From Sphagnum compactum (taxonomy: Eukaryota), in NCBI GenBank assembly GCA_965153455.1, contig OZ234493.1:29316213-29380212 (forward strand): 64,000 nucleotides of DNA, given 5' to 3'. Positions within the stretch are counted from its first letter, which is position 1. Every line of letters starts with the position of its first letter. The notes beneath the pieces are model-generated. The model searched no databases and was not told the origin of the DNA. It saw only the letters and a program-made list of their open reading frames with translations. The position numbers and the translations under genes were made by a program. This document shows positions 50,701-62,504 of this stretch, in pieces.

Positions 50701-52893
50701 TCCCCTACAGTAGCACAAATTTCATAGTTCTGTGGAAACATGTGTCAAAAAAAGTGTGGTGGTTTGTAATACATGGTGTATGATCAAGTGATCTCCTATG
50801 TGTTCACAGGAATATGCTAAGGACGAATGTTGGATTGTTTCTCAATTGTTAATATTGTACCTGGAGTGGTTGCTCCTCTTGCATCATTTGCTTATCAGAG
50901 ACCAGGTCCCACTGACTGGGTGCAGCTAGCCCAGTGTCAGACTCCTTGATTCCTGGGCTCCAAACAATTCGGTAAATAACCAGTTTGGACAAACTGGCCA
51001 GTAAAAATTGTTGCCAATGATTAATCAAGTTAGGATATTGTAAACATTTGTTGGCTTCCATTCAAGACCAACTTTAAACTACTGACTTTGGAACATGGTT
51101 TCTGGAATTGCCAACATGACTGCTTGAGGAGGAAAATTCAGTTTATTTCAACCGTACATGGTTCATGTTAACACACTTTTGAAAGGACAAATATAAATAA
51201 ACCAATGAAATAATGATAATTTATTGTAGGTAAAATGGGAAGGTTGCACATTAGGTGGATGCAATAGAATAATCCGGGGTGATTGCTCTAATTGCTGATG
51301 TGGAGTTGTATGAAGCCCTATGAACAATTTTGAGCGAAAAAAAGGAGGTGCTCACTGACTACCAAGGCTTATAAGGGTTTAGATATGAGACTTTAAGTTT
51401 GAGGTATAAGGTCTGGGTTAGGGTTAACATACCACACAAATCATTGACTTTTTTTGCCATCACCTTAATGTCTTTCTCCACCTTTTTAATGGAAGATGAA
51501 TATGGTCCCAGGCCCTGAGGCAACCAGAAGAACACTCTCTAAGTATTAATGAAAAGACAGATGCATTGCAATTATAAGGACTTTTTAGCTTGCTAGATAA
51601 TGCTAGCCTTCATACCCAAGTCACCAATATGTTCAAAGTGCTGCAGAAAGACATTCAAAATGCACACAAGAAGACCCTAAATATTGACAGAAACTTCCAA
51701 ACCAGCACCCGATAAGGGATTCTGCTAACTCCTGACACCACTAACCAATTAGAACAGGAATTGCACCATCATAGTCAGAATTCATTCTCTTTGGGATTCT
51801 GCAGAAAAGCCAGATCCAGCAGGCTAAGGTTGTGACATGAAGTTGAACACAAATGAATGACACCAGAAGCATCATTGTGATTGAGCATGCTGACATCTGG
51901 AAAAAACAGTCTCTACTAATGCAATGCAAATACAGATTTTAGAGCTACTAATTTGCGATACATTTTCTTACTAAGGGTGCTGGAAGGAGGTTATGGTGAT
52001 TCCAAAAGAAAATCATACCAATGCAACATTGAAATGCAAAAAGCTTTTAGAGGACCGTTGGGCAGTCATGTGCCGATCATTCGCCTAGACACAAATGCAG
52101 AAATTCTCCTCTCCTAGGCCTTGCCAGACTGAGTCTCCCGACAAAGTTTGAAGAAGGTAGAAAACGGGAGAATTGAAGCAAAAATTCAGCTATCCCTAGA
52201 AAATAAAAGAAATAAAATGCACACGAAGCGTCGGCAAGCTTTGCCGGTGATGACATGATTGCACATATAAAGTTCAAGAAGCAGATCGAGGACAAAGTTC
52301 TTAAGGATCGTATTTTTTCTAAAACGTCGCCAACACATTTACAAGGCTTTAGTCATGAATGATAGGACTCTTAGCCTCCAATTGCCAACACACACTCCGT
52401 AGAAATCGAACGAAATAGATGCACAGGAAGCATCAGCAAGCTTTGCCAGAGATGACATGTTTGCATATGAAAGTTCCAGAAGCAGATCGAGTACAAAGTT
52501 CTTAAGGGTCGATATTCTAAAGCATTGTGAACACATTCTTGAGCCTTAATCTTGAATAATAGGATTCTCAAAGCCTCTGTTTGCAAACACACTCCTGTCT
52601 CCTAAACCGCGAAAGAATATAAACTACACAGAATTTTACACAGAAATGAGGCACAAAACCAAAATTCTTCCAACAAGAAAGAAGAAACCTGAAATCAAAC
52701 TTGAGGAAGATTATATTGTAGGAGAGTGACAGAGGAGTCTCAAAGCATAACTACGGGCTGCAACATGAGAAGAAGAAGAAGATTTTGAGAAAAGGCAGGA
52801 GCGAAAAAGGAAACTCACATAGGTCTTGAGAAGAGCTATATCATCCTCGTCCAGAGGTGGCGGAGTCTTCTCCGTCGCATTTTCGTCCTTCAT
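47774..52893 (-). CDS. RPT1: 26S proteasome regulatory particle AAA-ATPase subunit RPT1 (PSMC2 / subunit 7), 10 exons, 422 aa
   Basis: Exons: 52893-52819, 51514-51433, 50952-50861, 50354-50277, 50070-50009, 49854-49710, 49538-49320, 48832-48651, 48233-48058, 47931-47774. Phases are consistent and introns are GT-AG. Motifs [13 protein letters not shown], Walker A GPPGTGKT, Walker [27 protein letters not shown] and C-terminus YMVYN. Confidence 0.97.
52219..52595. repeat. ~200-bp tandem duplication in RPT1 intron 1
   Basis: GCAAGCTTTGCC..GATGACATG..AAAGTTC..GAAGCAGATCGAG.ACAAAGTTCTTAAGG occurs at ~52235 and ~52436. Confidence 0.8.
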
Positions 52894-53018
52894 CGCCAAT
52901 CTTCTTGAGAGCCAGACTCAGCTTCTCAACGCTTGTTTCCTGTTTCTGTGCGTTTGGAGTTTGTTTGTTCGTTCTTCTCCGCTTCGCCTCCCTCGCTGAG
53001 ACGTCCGCGAGGATGGAT

Positions 53019-53595
53019 TCCAGATCTCAAACCACGTCCTCACCAAATGCCCAATCTTGAAAGCCTACCTCCGTGATCCAGGTCTCAAACCACGTCCGCA
53101 GAAAACTCTTTCCTAGATAGGATAATTATTTCCTGTGCCAGGATTTTAATTAATTACCTAGTAACCAACAAACCCAAAAAGAAACAAAGAGACCAACAAA
53201 ATCCCCTTCCTTCTATATATTATAATCAAATTTTTTAGGTTCCAATTTAAAGTTTGGCAAATTTTTCTAAAACTTCATCAAAATTAGTTGAATTCAACTG
53301 GAAGAAAATATATATTTCCCAAAGTTTCCCAATGGGAAAAAAAAAAAACACTGGTCAAAAAACACCATCCAACTTCCAACAATCTCTCATATACATCAAC
53401 CCCAACAATGCCATCATATATGTGAATTTAATTTTTCTTCAAATAATAAAAAAAATTCAGATCCTCTTGAAATTAAGTTACAATCTTATATCTTAATTTT
53501 CTATCTTCCAACGCCCAGATCTTTTTTCTTTTTGGAGAGTGGGGAGGGAGAAGGGGAGGGGAGGGGGAGGGGAGGGGAGGGGCCCATAGGCCCAT
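53019..53595 (-). promoter_or_regulatory. RPT1 upstream region with duplicated ACGT element and tandem site II (GGCCCA/TGGGCC) motifs
   Basis: TCCAG(A/G)TCTCAAACCACGTCC at 53019-53039 and 53077-53097. GGCCCATAGGCCCAT at 53581-53595. Confidence 0.4.
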
Positions 53596-56079
53596 AATAA
53601 TTCTTTTTTAAAGGAAACAAGATATACCTAAGCATTCATTCCCAGGTACAAAACAACTTTGTACAGTCATATGGTACCATTTCCTTTCCTTTGTACAGTC
53701 ATTGAGTCAGGTCAGATGGAGCTACTTTTGGAAGTCAGTAGAGAGAGCAGTTGAAGAAATTTTTCCTATTGTGTACCTCAAGGGCACCTCATCTCCCATC
53801 AATATCCTCCTTACAAAAGAGGAGGGATCTTCTTGCCAAATAAATTTCATAAAAAAATAAATTTATAGTATTAAATGAATAATAAATAACTTAAAAAGGA
53901 AGGAACTTGTCACCTAAATTTTTAAATACCATTTTTAAGAAAGAAAGAAATAAATAAATGAATAAGGAGGGATCTTACACTTATTTTCTCAAGAGTGAGA
54001 AGAAATTGTGCCTGCACATGCACATAGGATCTTAAGAAATTCGTGTCAGAAGCTTCCCCTTTCTTCACCTTATCATGTATGTAATGACCTGTGAGAGATT
54101 TCCAAGTGTGGTTGGAGGACACCTTGAATCCGTAACAATCTTCCCTCTTGACACCCGAGGTTATGGTGAGTTCTTACATTTATTTATTTTTTGGGGAGGG
54201 TCTACCCATTTTTCTTCTCGTGATGAATAGGAGCTGATGAGGTCATTCATTATGCATGGTGACACCCTTGGGACGGACAAGCGTGCTATCAGAAATTCAA
54301 CCGCGGTTGTTCGCTATTGCCTCAGGCAAGCACCTTAGTCTTGTAAATACTAAAATACTAAATACCCTTGTCCATGGGGCCTTACCTAGCACGAATAGGG
54401 GGCAGTTCCTTTATTTGCAAAATTTCCCCTGCATAAAATTAATTTGGGATAAGTTTTTAGGGTTTTATATCTTTCCTTTGTTGATCAATGGGTTTGACAA
54501 TGTGCAGTTGCTCATTCAAGTTGTCTTGTTGGGAAATCCGGTGTTAAAATGTCTTAGAGCACCTCCTCCAGCAAATCATTTTTGCAGCTGTTTTTGGAGG
54601 GGGGCAGTTAAGGTTAATGATGAATGAATTATTATCACCTGCCACAATGTTCTTCTCCATTCGCATTTCATTTGACATGTCATATCTCTCTTCTCATCAC
54701 GATTCCCATGCAAATCCAAGTTAAACTTTTGTGCTTGTGTTATCCATAGCCTGAAGCTCATCTTGAGCCAATCTTCAACATTTTATGCCATCGCCCTTGT
54801 CTTATTTCACAATTGAGTTCATGCTCGGGCGTAAGGTGTTTTTTATGTGCATGAGCATGGAACTTGAAGAAAATGATGATGAACAGTGGTTCACAATGGA
54901 AACTTGAGGCATGCTTGGGAGTAAACTTGTTGAAAATAATTGCAAGCATGGTGGGCACAAAGTTGGGCATGTAATCATTTTGCATAAAAACCATGTGTAG
55001 ATGAAGAATGTATTTAGGTGATGAGCAAGTGAAGTTTGTTAAACTTCTTCTTTTTATTTCACAATTTTTAGATCTAAAGTGTGTAAGATATTGATTTTTT
55101 AATGGATTTTGTTGTTGGAAATTCAAAAAATTTGCAAAAACTAGGTTTGGAAGGAAAAATTAGTTGAGCCTTCATTATACATTCATCTTCAATTCTAAAA
55201 ATGTGAAACATAAAAATGTGTTCACATTGGGCCAATGACACAAACTTACCTATTTTAAAAAGCGTTGAATTTTAGCTTTTTCAGTTTATTTTAATTTACA
55301 ACATAATTTTTATAAACATGCTCGAAAGTCACTTACTTTTTAGAATACATAACAACAACAAGCTCCAAATGAAAATTCAAACAGTTGTGTAGCTTCTTCT
55401 TCAAGAAAGAAACTAAGTTAAAACAATGTTCATCCTCAATAAAACCAAGTACATGGATCATGGTAATTTCTACCAACTTCAAGTATTTTGGAAAAAAAAG
55501 TGCTAACAATTATGATGCATGGGTCACTCGCCACAACCTTGTGACAAGACTTACAAGGATTGGGTTAGCCTTGTTCGTTACAAGGGCCACAACTTTAGCC
55601 ATGGCTTGAGCAGCATTAAACTTCATCGTCAACTTGAAAAGACTTTACTAAGCATCCAACTCCCATGCTGAAAGAATAGGATGAACCATGGGAACATCTT
55701 TGGATTGTCCACAAGGACGTGGGGTGCAATAAAATCCTTTCAAAACCTCCAAATGTCGAGGGAATGTCATCTTTGCATGTGCTTGTAGCCAATATTGGGG
55801 GTAAATAACCCCCATGGGAAATAACCCCCAAGAAATCGAACATCCAACTCAGCAATCAACGATGTTGCTACCTCTACCAATCACTAAACGACTAAATGTC
55901 AAACATAAGAAACCAAAGGTAAATGAAAGGGTTAGGCTCATAGGTTTGCATCATAAAAACTAATTTTGCCACATACTAAATTTCAATTGATCAAGACAAA
56001 ACCCTAAATACAACTATGGCATAAACCAATTATATGAACTTCTACAATTTTCAACAAGGGTAAACACTTACGTCTACAT

Positions 56080-58700
56080 TCAACTTTCACTAGTTGCACT
56101 ACATGTGCAAATGATGTTTATATGACATGCAACATACCACTTGTTGATGGGCAAACTTCGCCCCAATGTGCCCATGTCTTTTCACCTTGACAATAAATGA
56201 AAGATGTTCAATTCCAGCCGCGTTGGAGTTTGTTACCCATTTCATATGGATTTGGGTATGGTCATTCTGTAACAGCCTTTGGAAAGACCAAAACTCAACA
56301 TTATAGAAAGAAGAGGCGGTGTCACAATAAAAATTATATAATTGCCCATGGCAGACCTTCATTGTAGCTATGAAGTCACAAATGAAATGATCCCTCCTTT
56401 GAGCAAATTTCAAGAGGGACTACATGTTCTCCATCAACGGTAAAACACATGCAAGTTCCAATAGCCAATGTATTTGCATGTCAATAACATTATATTCACA
56501 AATAACCACAAAAATAAATTAGATAGCTAAGAAACATCATGAACATTTGCAAAATCCATACAAATAATCACTTTGAAGCAAATCACAACCAACGACATCT
56601 ACTTAGATGATTCCAAAATCTACATATGCATAATAACCATTGTAAACACATAGAGTTTCACAATATGAATCAAATGTTCAATTGACTATTCCAAATGGGT
56701 ATTAACCCTTGGAAAATACTTACAAACTTTGTAAAAGCAATTCCCAAAATCTATAGATGCATAACACACATTATTCAAATATGTACAAAGTTTACAAGTG
56801 TGAATCAAATGTTCAATATAGTATTCCAAATGGCTATTAAAGCCCTAGAAAATATTTATAGACTCTACAAAAACATATCCAAAGTCTGTAGATGCATAAC
56901 AACCACTGTAAACAAGTATATAGTTTCCAAATATGAATCAAATGTTCAATGTTCCAAATGGGTGTCAGTCTTTGGAATATATTTATTGATTTGCAAAAAA
57001 AATTCAAAAATATGCATATGTATATGAACCATTTTAAAGAAGTTCAATTTCCCAAATGATTCAAAATGGATGCATCCAAATGGGTTTTAGTTTCTGATAT
57101 TTACTTATAGAACTATAGTTTAACATTTTCAAAGGTTGTAGCATGTAGATGCATAAATTAAACATTGTAAAAAATTCCATTTCCACAAAAGAATAAACTG
57201 ACTATTCCAAATGGGTTTTAATTCAAGTGATTCTCCTATATGGACTTGAAATTACCCATTAAGCTTTTGTAGAACAATCACATAATTCCCAAATCAAAAC
57301 CATATTATACCAAATTGCTAATACATTCAACTAGATCTACAAATTATAGGGGAAAAAATGGGTTGGTAGACTGTACCTTTGCAACTTGGATAGAATTGGA
57401 GTCGACTTGCATCACTGCAAGCAAAGGGCAATATTTTGCCATGATCCATTTCAAGGGCTCCAACATGGACATGCATCTAGTCTTCACATTTTTCATGATT
57501 TTGTTCCTTTTGCTATCCAAAACCTGAGTCAATTTCTGAAACTCTAAATGTTGTTTGGATGAATGGCTGAAATAACCATACATGTTATGCATGAACATTT
57601 CAATCCATGCAATGAATACTAAATCTGCCAAGGATTGGACTACCGAGTTGGTCCTATGAGCAACACAATGTACACCCATGGGGAAGAGTGCCCATGAATC
57701 CTTGATTTGTTTGGTAATTCTTGTTTTGCCACCTTGAAAAACATTCACCCCATTTGCTCCAAAGCATAAGAACTTTTGTGGACAGATATTTTTTCGTCAA
57801 ACCCCCACTCCTCAACAATGCAACCATAATCACTTCGGTTAGGTTGTTAGAACTTACTCTGTCAATAACCCTTTCAATAGACACCAAAATAGGTAACCTT
57901 ATCCAACAATCAATAACATATGCATGCACACAAATCTAAAACCTGTTGTTAATGGTTGTAACCTTGTCATAGGAACATGCTATGAACTATGCATATTATA
58001 TGGCCCTAATAGTAACATTTTGGACTTGCATATACATGAATTCAACAGGGACCCAATAGTTGATCAAACTAGTGCATGGAAGGATTGTTGGGGACGCCTA
58101 AATTAACAAAGAATGTATATAAAGACTCATACTCCAGCATGGGCTAACCATGTGTAAGAATGTGAAACAAGGTTTTCATTTGAATAATTTCCCAACTAGA
58201 CTCACCTACATGTTGTGTCACTTGGACCAAAATTGACTTAGGACCCCTCTGAGCATACAACTTCATGTTTTTCATATGTGCACAATCCTTTGCAATGAAC
58301 TTTTCACCTTTCTTCAACCCAAGCTTAGGCAAATCCCAAGCTACAATCCTACGACCTTGGTGTTTTGTTAATGTTTCCCATTTGCAACCAATAATTTTAT
58401 ATTTGTTTTTAATCAAAAAACACACCCTACACCTCAGAGTGTGGATAAAGCTTCCATCTAACATTAAACCCTTAGCCCAAGGTAACCTTGTTGCCCATTC
58501 AATTTGGAATTTTCTTGTTTTATCGTAACTTTTTTTGGAGGTTTTTTCCCATCTGTCTTTTGCTTCTTTGAAGTTGGATCAACTTCTAAATCAGACAACT
58601 CAATAGAATAAGGCAAGTTAGATTGTGAATTTGATAATTTCACTACTTCATCAAGGTTTGTGGATTCCAAAATGATTACACGTAGGTTAATCATGGAATT
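56080..58700 (-). pseudogene. hAT-derived transposase relic (ZNF862/KIAA1586-like), intron-containing
   Basis: Broken frames read KFQIEWATRLPW..RCRVC (TTF-type zinc finger), LCFGANG.NVFQG, GVHCVAHRTN (CxxH), YFSHSSKQ and VKTRCMSM. Donor AAG|GTAC at ~57376, with coding resuming near 56470 as LKFAQRRDHFICDF. Confidence 0.8.
56620..57230. repeat. ~130-bp degenerate tandem repeat within the transposase intron
   Basis: TGAATCAAATGTTCAAT..TTCCAAATGG recurs at ~56666, ~56801 and ~56933, with weaker copies further on. Confidence 0.7.
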
Positions 58701-60389
58701 AGTTTTTTCAAGGACTTTTAATGGTTTAGAGCTAGAATTAGGGTTTTGTAAAACTTCTTGTGTAATATCAATCTCAAGAGGATGACAAGTTACAAAATCA
58801 GCAGGCTAAATTATTCTAAGAAGAGATTTCAAACCATTGGAAGAACTAAAGGACCACGGAAACATGGTGGAATCAGATATAAGGACCAACGACATTGTGA
58901 ACTTTAAGTTCCTAGATGAGCTAAAATATTGGAATATTGAAAAAGACATGGTGCATCTCAAAGGCCAAACAAAATGGCAACAACAATGACAAAACAAACT
59001 TCTAACCAGAGTGAACCTTTCCCTCATAAATCAAGAGTCACCATAGTCGACATATTAAGCTAATTTCTCACCCTGGAGTGAACCTTCCCTCACAATTCAC
59101 AAATTACCACAATCAACACATAGAATAAAAATTTTAATGGAGCGAAATTTGAAATGCTCCCTCACAACTCACAAGTCACCGACTCACCATAATCAACAAA
59201 TAAAGCAAACTTGTCACCAATGACCAAAATAAACCCCTCTTTCACTCTCCAAGTCACCACATTCAATAACAAACACACAATCACAACAACTTAAAACATA
59301 AAGAACTTAAAAAACCGGAGAAAACTATTGATCTATTTTACTCTCATAAACTTGTGGGAAAAAAACTGAGATTGAAATTAGTTTTGAAATATAAAGGATC
59401 TGGCAATTAAAAGGTTTGGTGATAGGTTCTACAAGTGAGAAAAACCATTCAACAACTGCAAACGGGTTTGGGTGAGGGCAAATGAGAAATCTGATGAAAC
59501 ATTAGCCTTAGACTTTCCCAAAAAAATTCATTTGGCATTTTTTAACGTGAATCCAAGTTGGACTTTTTGAACAAATTTAAAGTCAGACCTTCCAAGTTCC
59601 TAGTTACTAAAAAGTTAGGTTTAATTCCATGGAAATACGTTCATTGAACAACCAATATCATCGTCAACAAAATCACCTTTACCGTGCAAGCACCATCTTC
59701 AACAAAATCATCTCCACCATGCCGAATCCCAAATCTTCATACAATCTTTGCCTTTCCCATGTCTTCAAAGTTGAAATGACCATTTGCATTGATATGCCCA
59801 CATCCAAATAAATACTAAGTACACACTTTGAGCCTTGAATGCACATATTGAAAAAAAAAACAAAAAAAAAAACAAAACATCTTTGAAAGTTTCAAGTTTG
59901 AAAGTAGAAGTTGTGATTTGTGAATGGCGATTTTAGCTTTCAAGAGTTGGAAAAAGTTGAAATACCCTAGTTGTTTACAACATCATATTAACACAAAACA
60001 CTTCATGAAAGTTGGATTTTGGTAATCTTAATTACATTGTTCAATTGCATATGGCAAAAACTATGACCCTTGGGTTCAATGGTGTAGTGATGGTGGCTTG
60101 GAGTTGATTGCAAAATGGCTGTAGTGAGGAGCTTTAGGTGCCGCCACTGGTGCTGGTCTTAGGGTTTGGAAAGCAACAAGGTGACTAGACAATTCCTTCA
60201 TTCGCAAAAGTGCACATCATCCTAGCGAAATGCATGGACACTGTGGATGTGCTCTAACATCCTTCTTTTTCATCCAACCCCATTCCTAGCAAACTTTCAT
60301 TCTCATCTCTTCTTTACTTGGTTGCGACTCCCAAGTAAAAGTCGAAAAAACGCCCCAAATTGACCCCAAATCCAACCCCATTCCAACCT

Positions 60390-60550
60390 TCATGATTTTG
60401 GGCCTCAAAGTGATTATGATCGTGATCAAGGTTTTACTCAAAATTTTCAGCAAAAATACGTCCAATCCATCCTCTTCAAATTTAAAATGGAATCTTGTCA
60501 CCCAATTTCCACTCCTTTGGAACCCGATATTAAATTAAGCAAAGCATATC
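60390..60550 (+). mobile_element. Ty1/copia reverse-transcriptase fragment
   Basis: Frameshifted ILGLKV/DYDRDQG/QQKYVQSILFKFKMESCHPISTPLEPDIKLSK fits the copia RT region (..SQ.KY...IL..F.M..C.P.STP.E). Confidence 0.6.
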
Positions 60551-62248
60551 TACCTTAGCATTCTCCATAAATAGTGACCCATTGCCATTGCCCATAGGAA
60601 ACTTAACAATAAAAAATGGTTCAGGAGAATAGGTAGCAAGACCTTTTTGGTGATCAACAAGCTTATGCTTTGGTTAGAGCCCAAAGTGTACATTAAGGTA
60701 AAAGATGATGGCTACAAGCTCATGGTTGAGAACCCATTGGACAAAACAATTATTATCAATGGAAGTTCTCAAGTGTTGAACTCCACATATTACAACCAAG
60801 GTCCCATGCACCATTTATCAATACATGTGCATGTTGAAGAATGAAGATTATCAATGTTGATCTACAAAATCCATGTGCAAGTAATGGAATGAGGACGGTG
60901 AACTCCATGCAAATTTTGATAATATTCTCTTTCAAACATTCTTATGGAAAGGGAATTTGTGTTGGGATTGACCTTTAGGATGGTGCCCAAAGTTTGATAC
61001 CTTTTTCTAAAGATGTTATGGTTTAGATCTTGAAGCAACAAGAAGGATGTGATACATATACATTTGTGGTTATGTAATCCATTCCATTATTATGTGTTAT
61101 TTAATGTTGTGATCACGTTTGTGCATGATGTGTAAGAGCATATCCTCATTTAATGACGGCTCATATCATTATCCAACACAAAGATACATGTTCCCCCACC
61201 CCACTCATAAACATGAATTTTGAACAATATTTGCTGTGACACCATTTAGATATTAGGACTTGAGTTAATCACTCTCATCAACCAATTAAAAACAATAAGT
61301 TGAATCGTATTGTTTGGGTGGTTAGTTGCTTCAGCAGGTTAGAAGTGTCAATTCCAATTCTGGTTAGTAAAATTTGAATTAAAATTGGGTTTGATTTTGA
61401 AAATAATTCTAGAACCAGAAAGTGAAGTAAAATTGAATTTCAAAAGTGGGTTTGATTTTTAAAACTAGTTCTAGAACCAAAATTGGAACCAGATTAATTA
61501 GAGAACTCGACCCAGAACCAAGTTCCCAATTCTGGGCAGTTATTTGAGACCCATGATCATATATCAAAACTGGGTATTTGATTTTTTTGAGATTCATGGG
61601 TATCAAACCTGAGAATTGCCCTGATACCCGGATGTGTTTAGGTGGGGTTTTTCTAACACCTAACCGTCCAATTTGACCTAAAGAAAGTGGTGCAATTGTG
61701 TTTAGGGCTCTAGGGGATAGATATTTAAACAGCGCATATAAGTTCTTGTACCTATGACTGATATTCGGCACTTCATTGTTGAATATTTATTGATTTATTT
61801 TAGAAAATGAAGTCCAACAGTTTCAAATTTAATTTTCGAGAATTTCAACAAATAGTTGAGGAAGAGGTATGCAAAGTAAACCTTGTATTGTGTATTTGTA
61901 ATAGGTAGTTTACTAGTAACCGAAATGGAGTTTGATTTTCAACAATTTCAACAAAACATCAATTTTATTTTCTTTTTGTTGGCTAAACCTTTTGCCAACA
62001 AAAAGGAGGTATCATCTCTCATATGTGATGAATATGATGATGAAACCCTGCCAGACTTTATAAAAAAGAGAGCACACAAGAAAGGGAGAGAAAAAGAAAC
62101 AATTGGCAAGGTGGGTTCTACCTTCTAAGTATCCTAGTGACGCTTTTATGATGACATGGAGTTGCCAGCAAGGCACAAAAATGATATTAACAAACAAGTC
62201 AGTAACTTGGGACCATTGGTTTTGGTACCCAGTTTTCAAAAAAATGTC

Positions 62249-62316
62249 CACGTGTCAGACACCCAATGCGCAGCCAACCGTAAGCGGCAACGTGCCAGGT
62301 AGTTCTGTGACACGTG
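62249..62316 (+). promoter_or_regulatory. ABRE/G-box cluster upstream of the sucrose transporter
   Basis: CACGTGTC at 62249-62256, AACGTGCC at 62289-62296 and GACACGTG at 62309-62316, all 190-255 bp before the ATG. Confidence 0.55.
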
Positions 62317-62504
62317 TGCTTGTTGGAACGATTGAGTCTTGAGCAAAACCGCTTCAACGGAGTAGTTCTGGTGTGAAGAGGGGGCGAGGGGTGGAGGCAG
62401 GCAGACGATTGCGGGCCGGATCTCGCGCGCGGCAGCCTCGTTCGGTGTGTGGAGTGCGGACAAAAGTTGTAGAGCTTGTAAAGAGCTTCGTTTTGATACC
62501 AGAT

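Noticed and set aside
54225..54300. CTGATGAG as a hammerhead ribozyme or C/D snoRNA core
   Set aside because: The stem after CTGATGA is not followed by GAAA, and no matching D box or terminal stem is evident.
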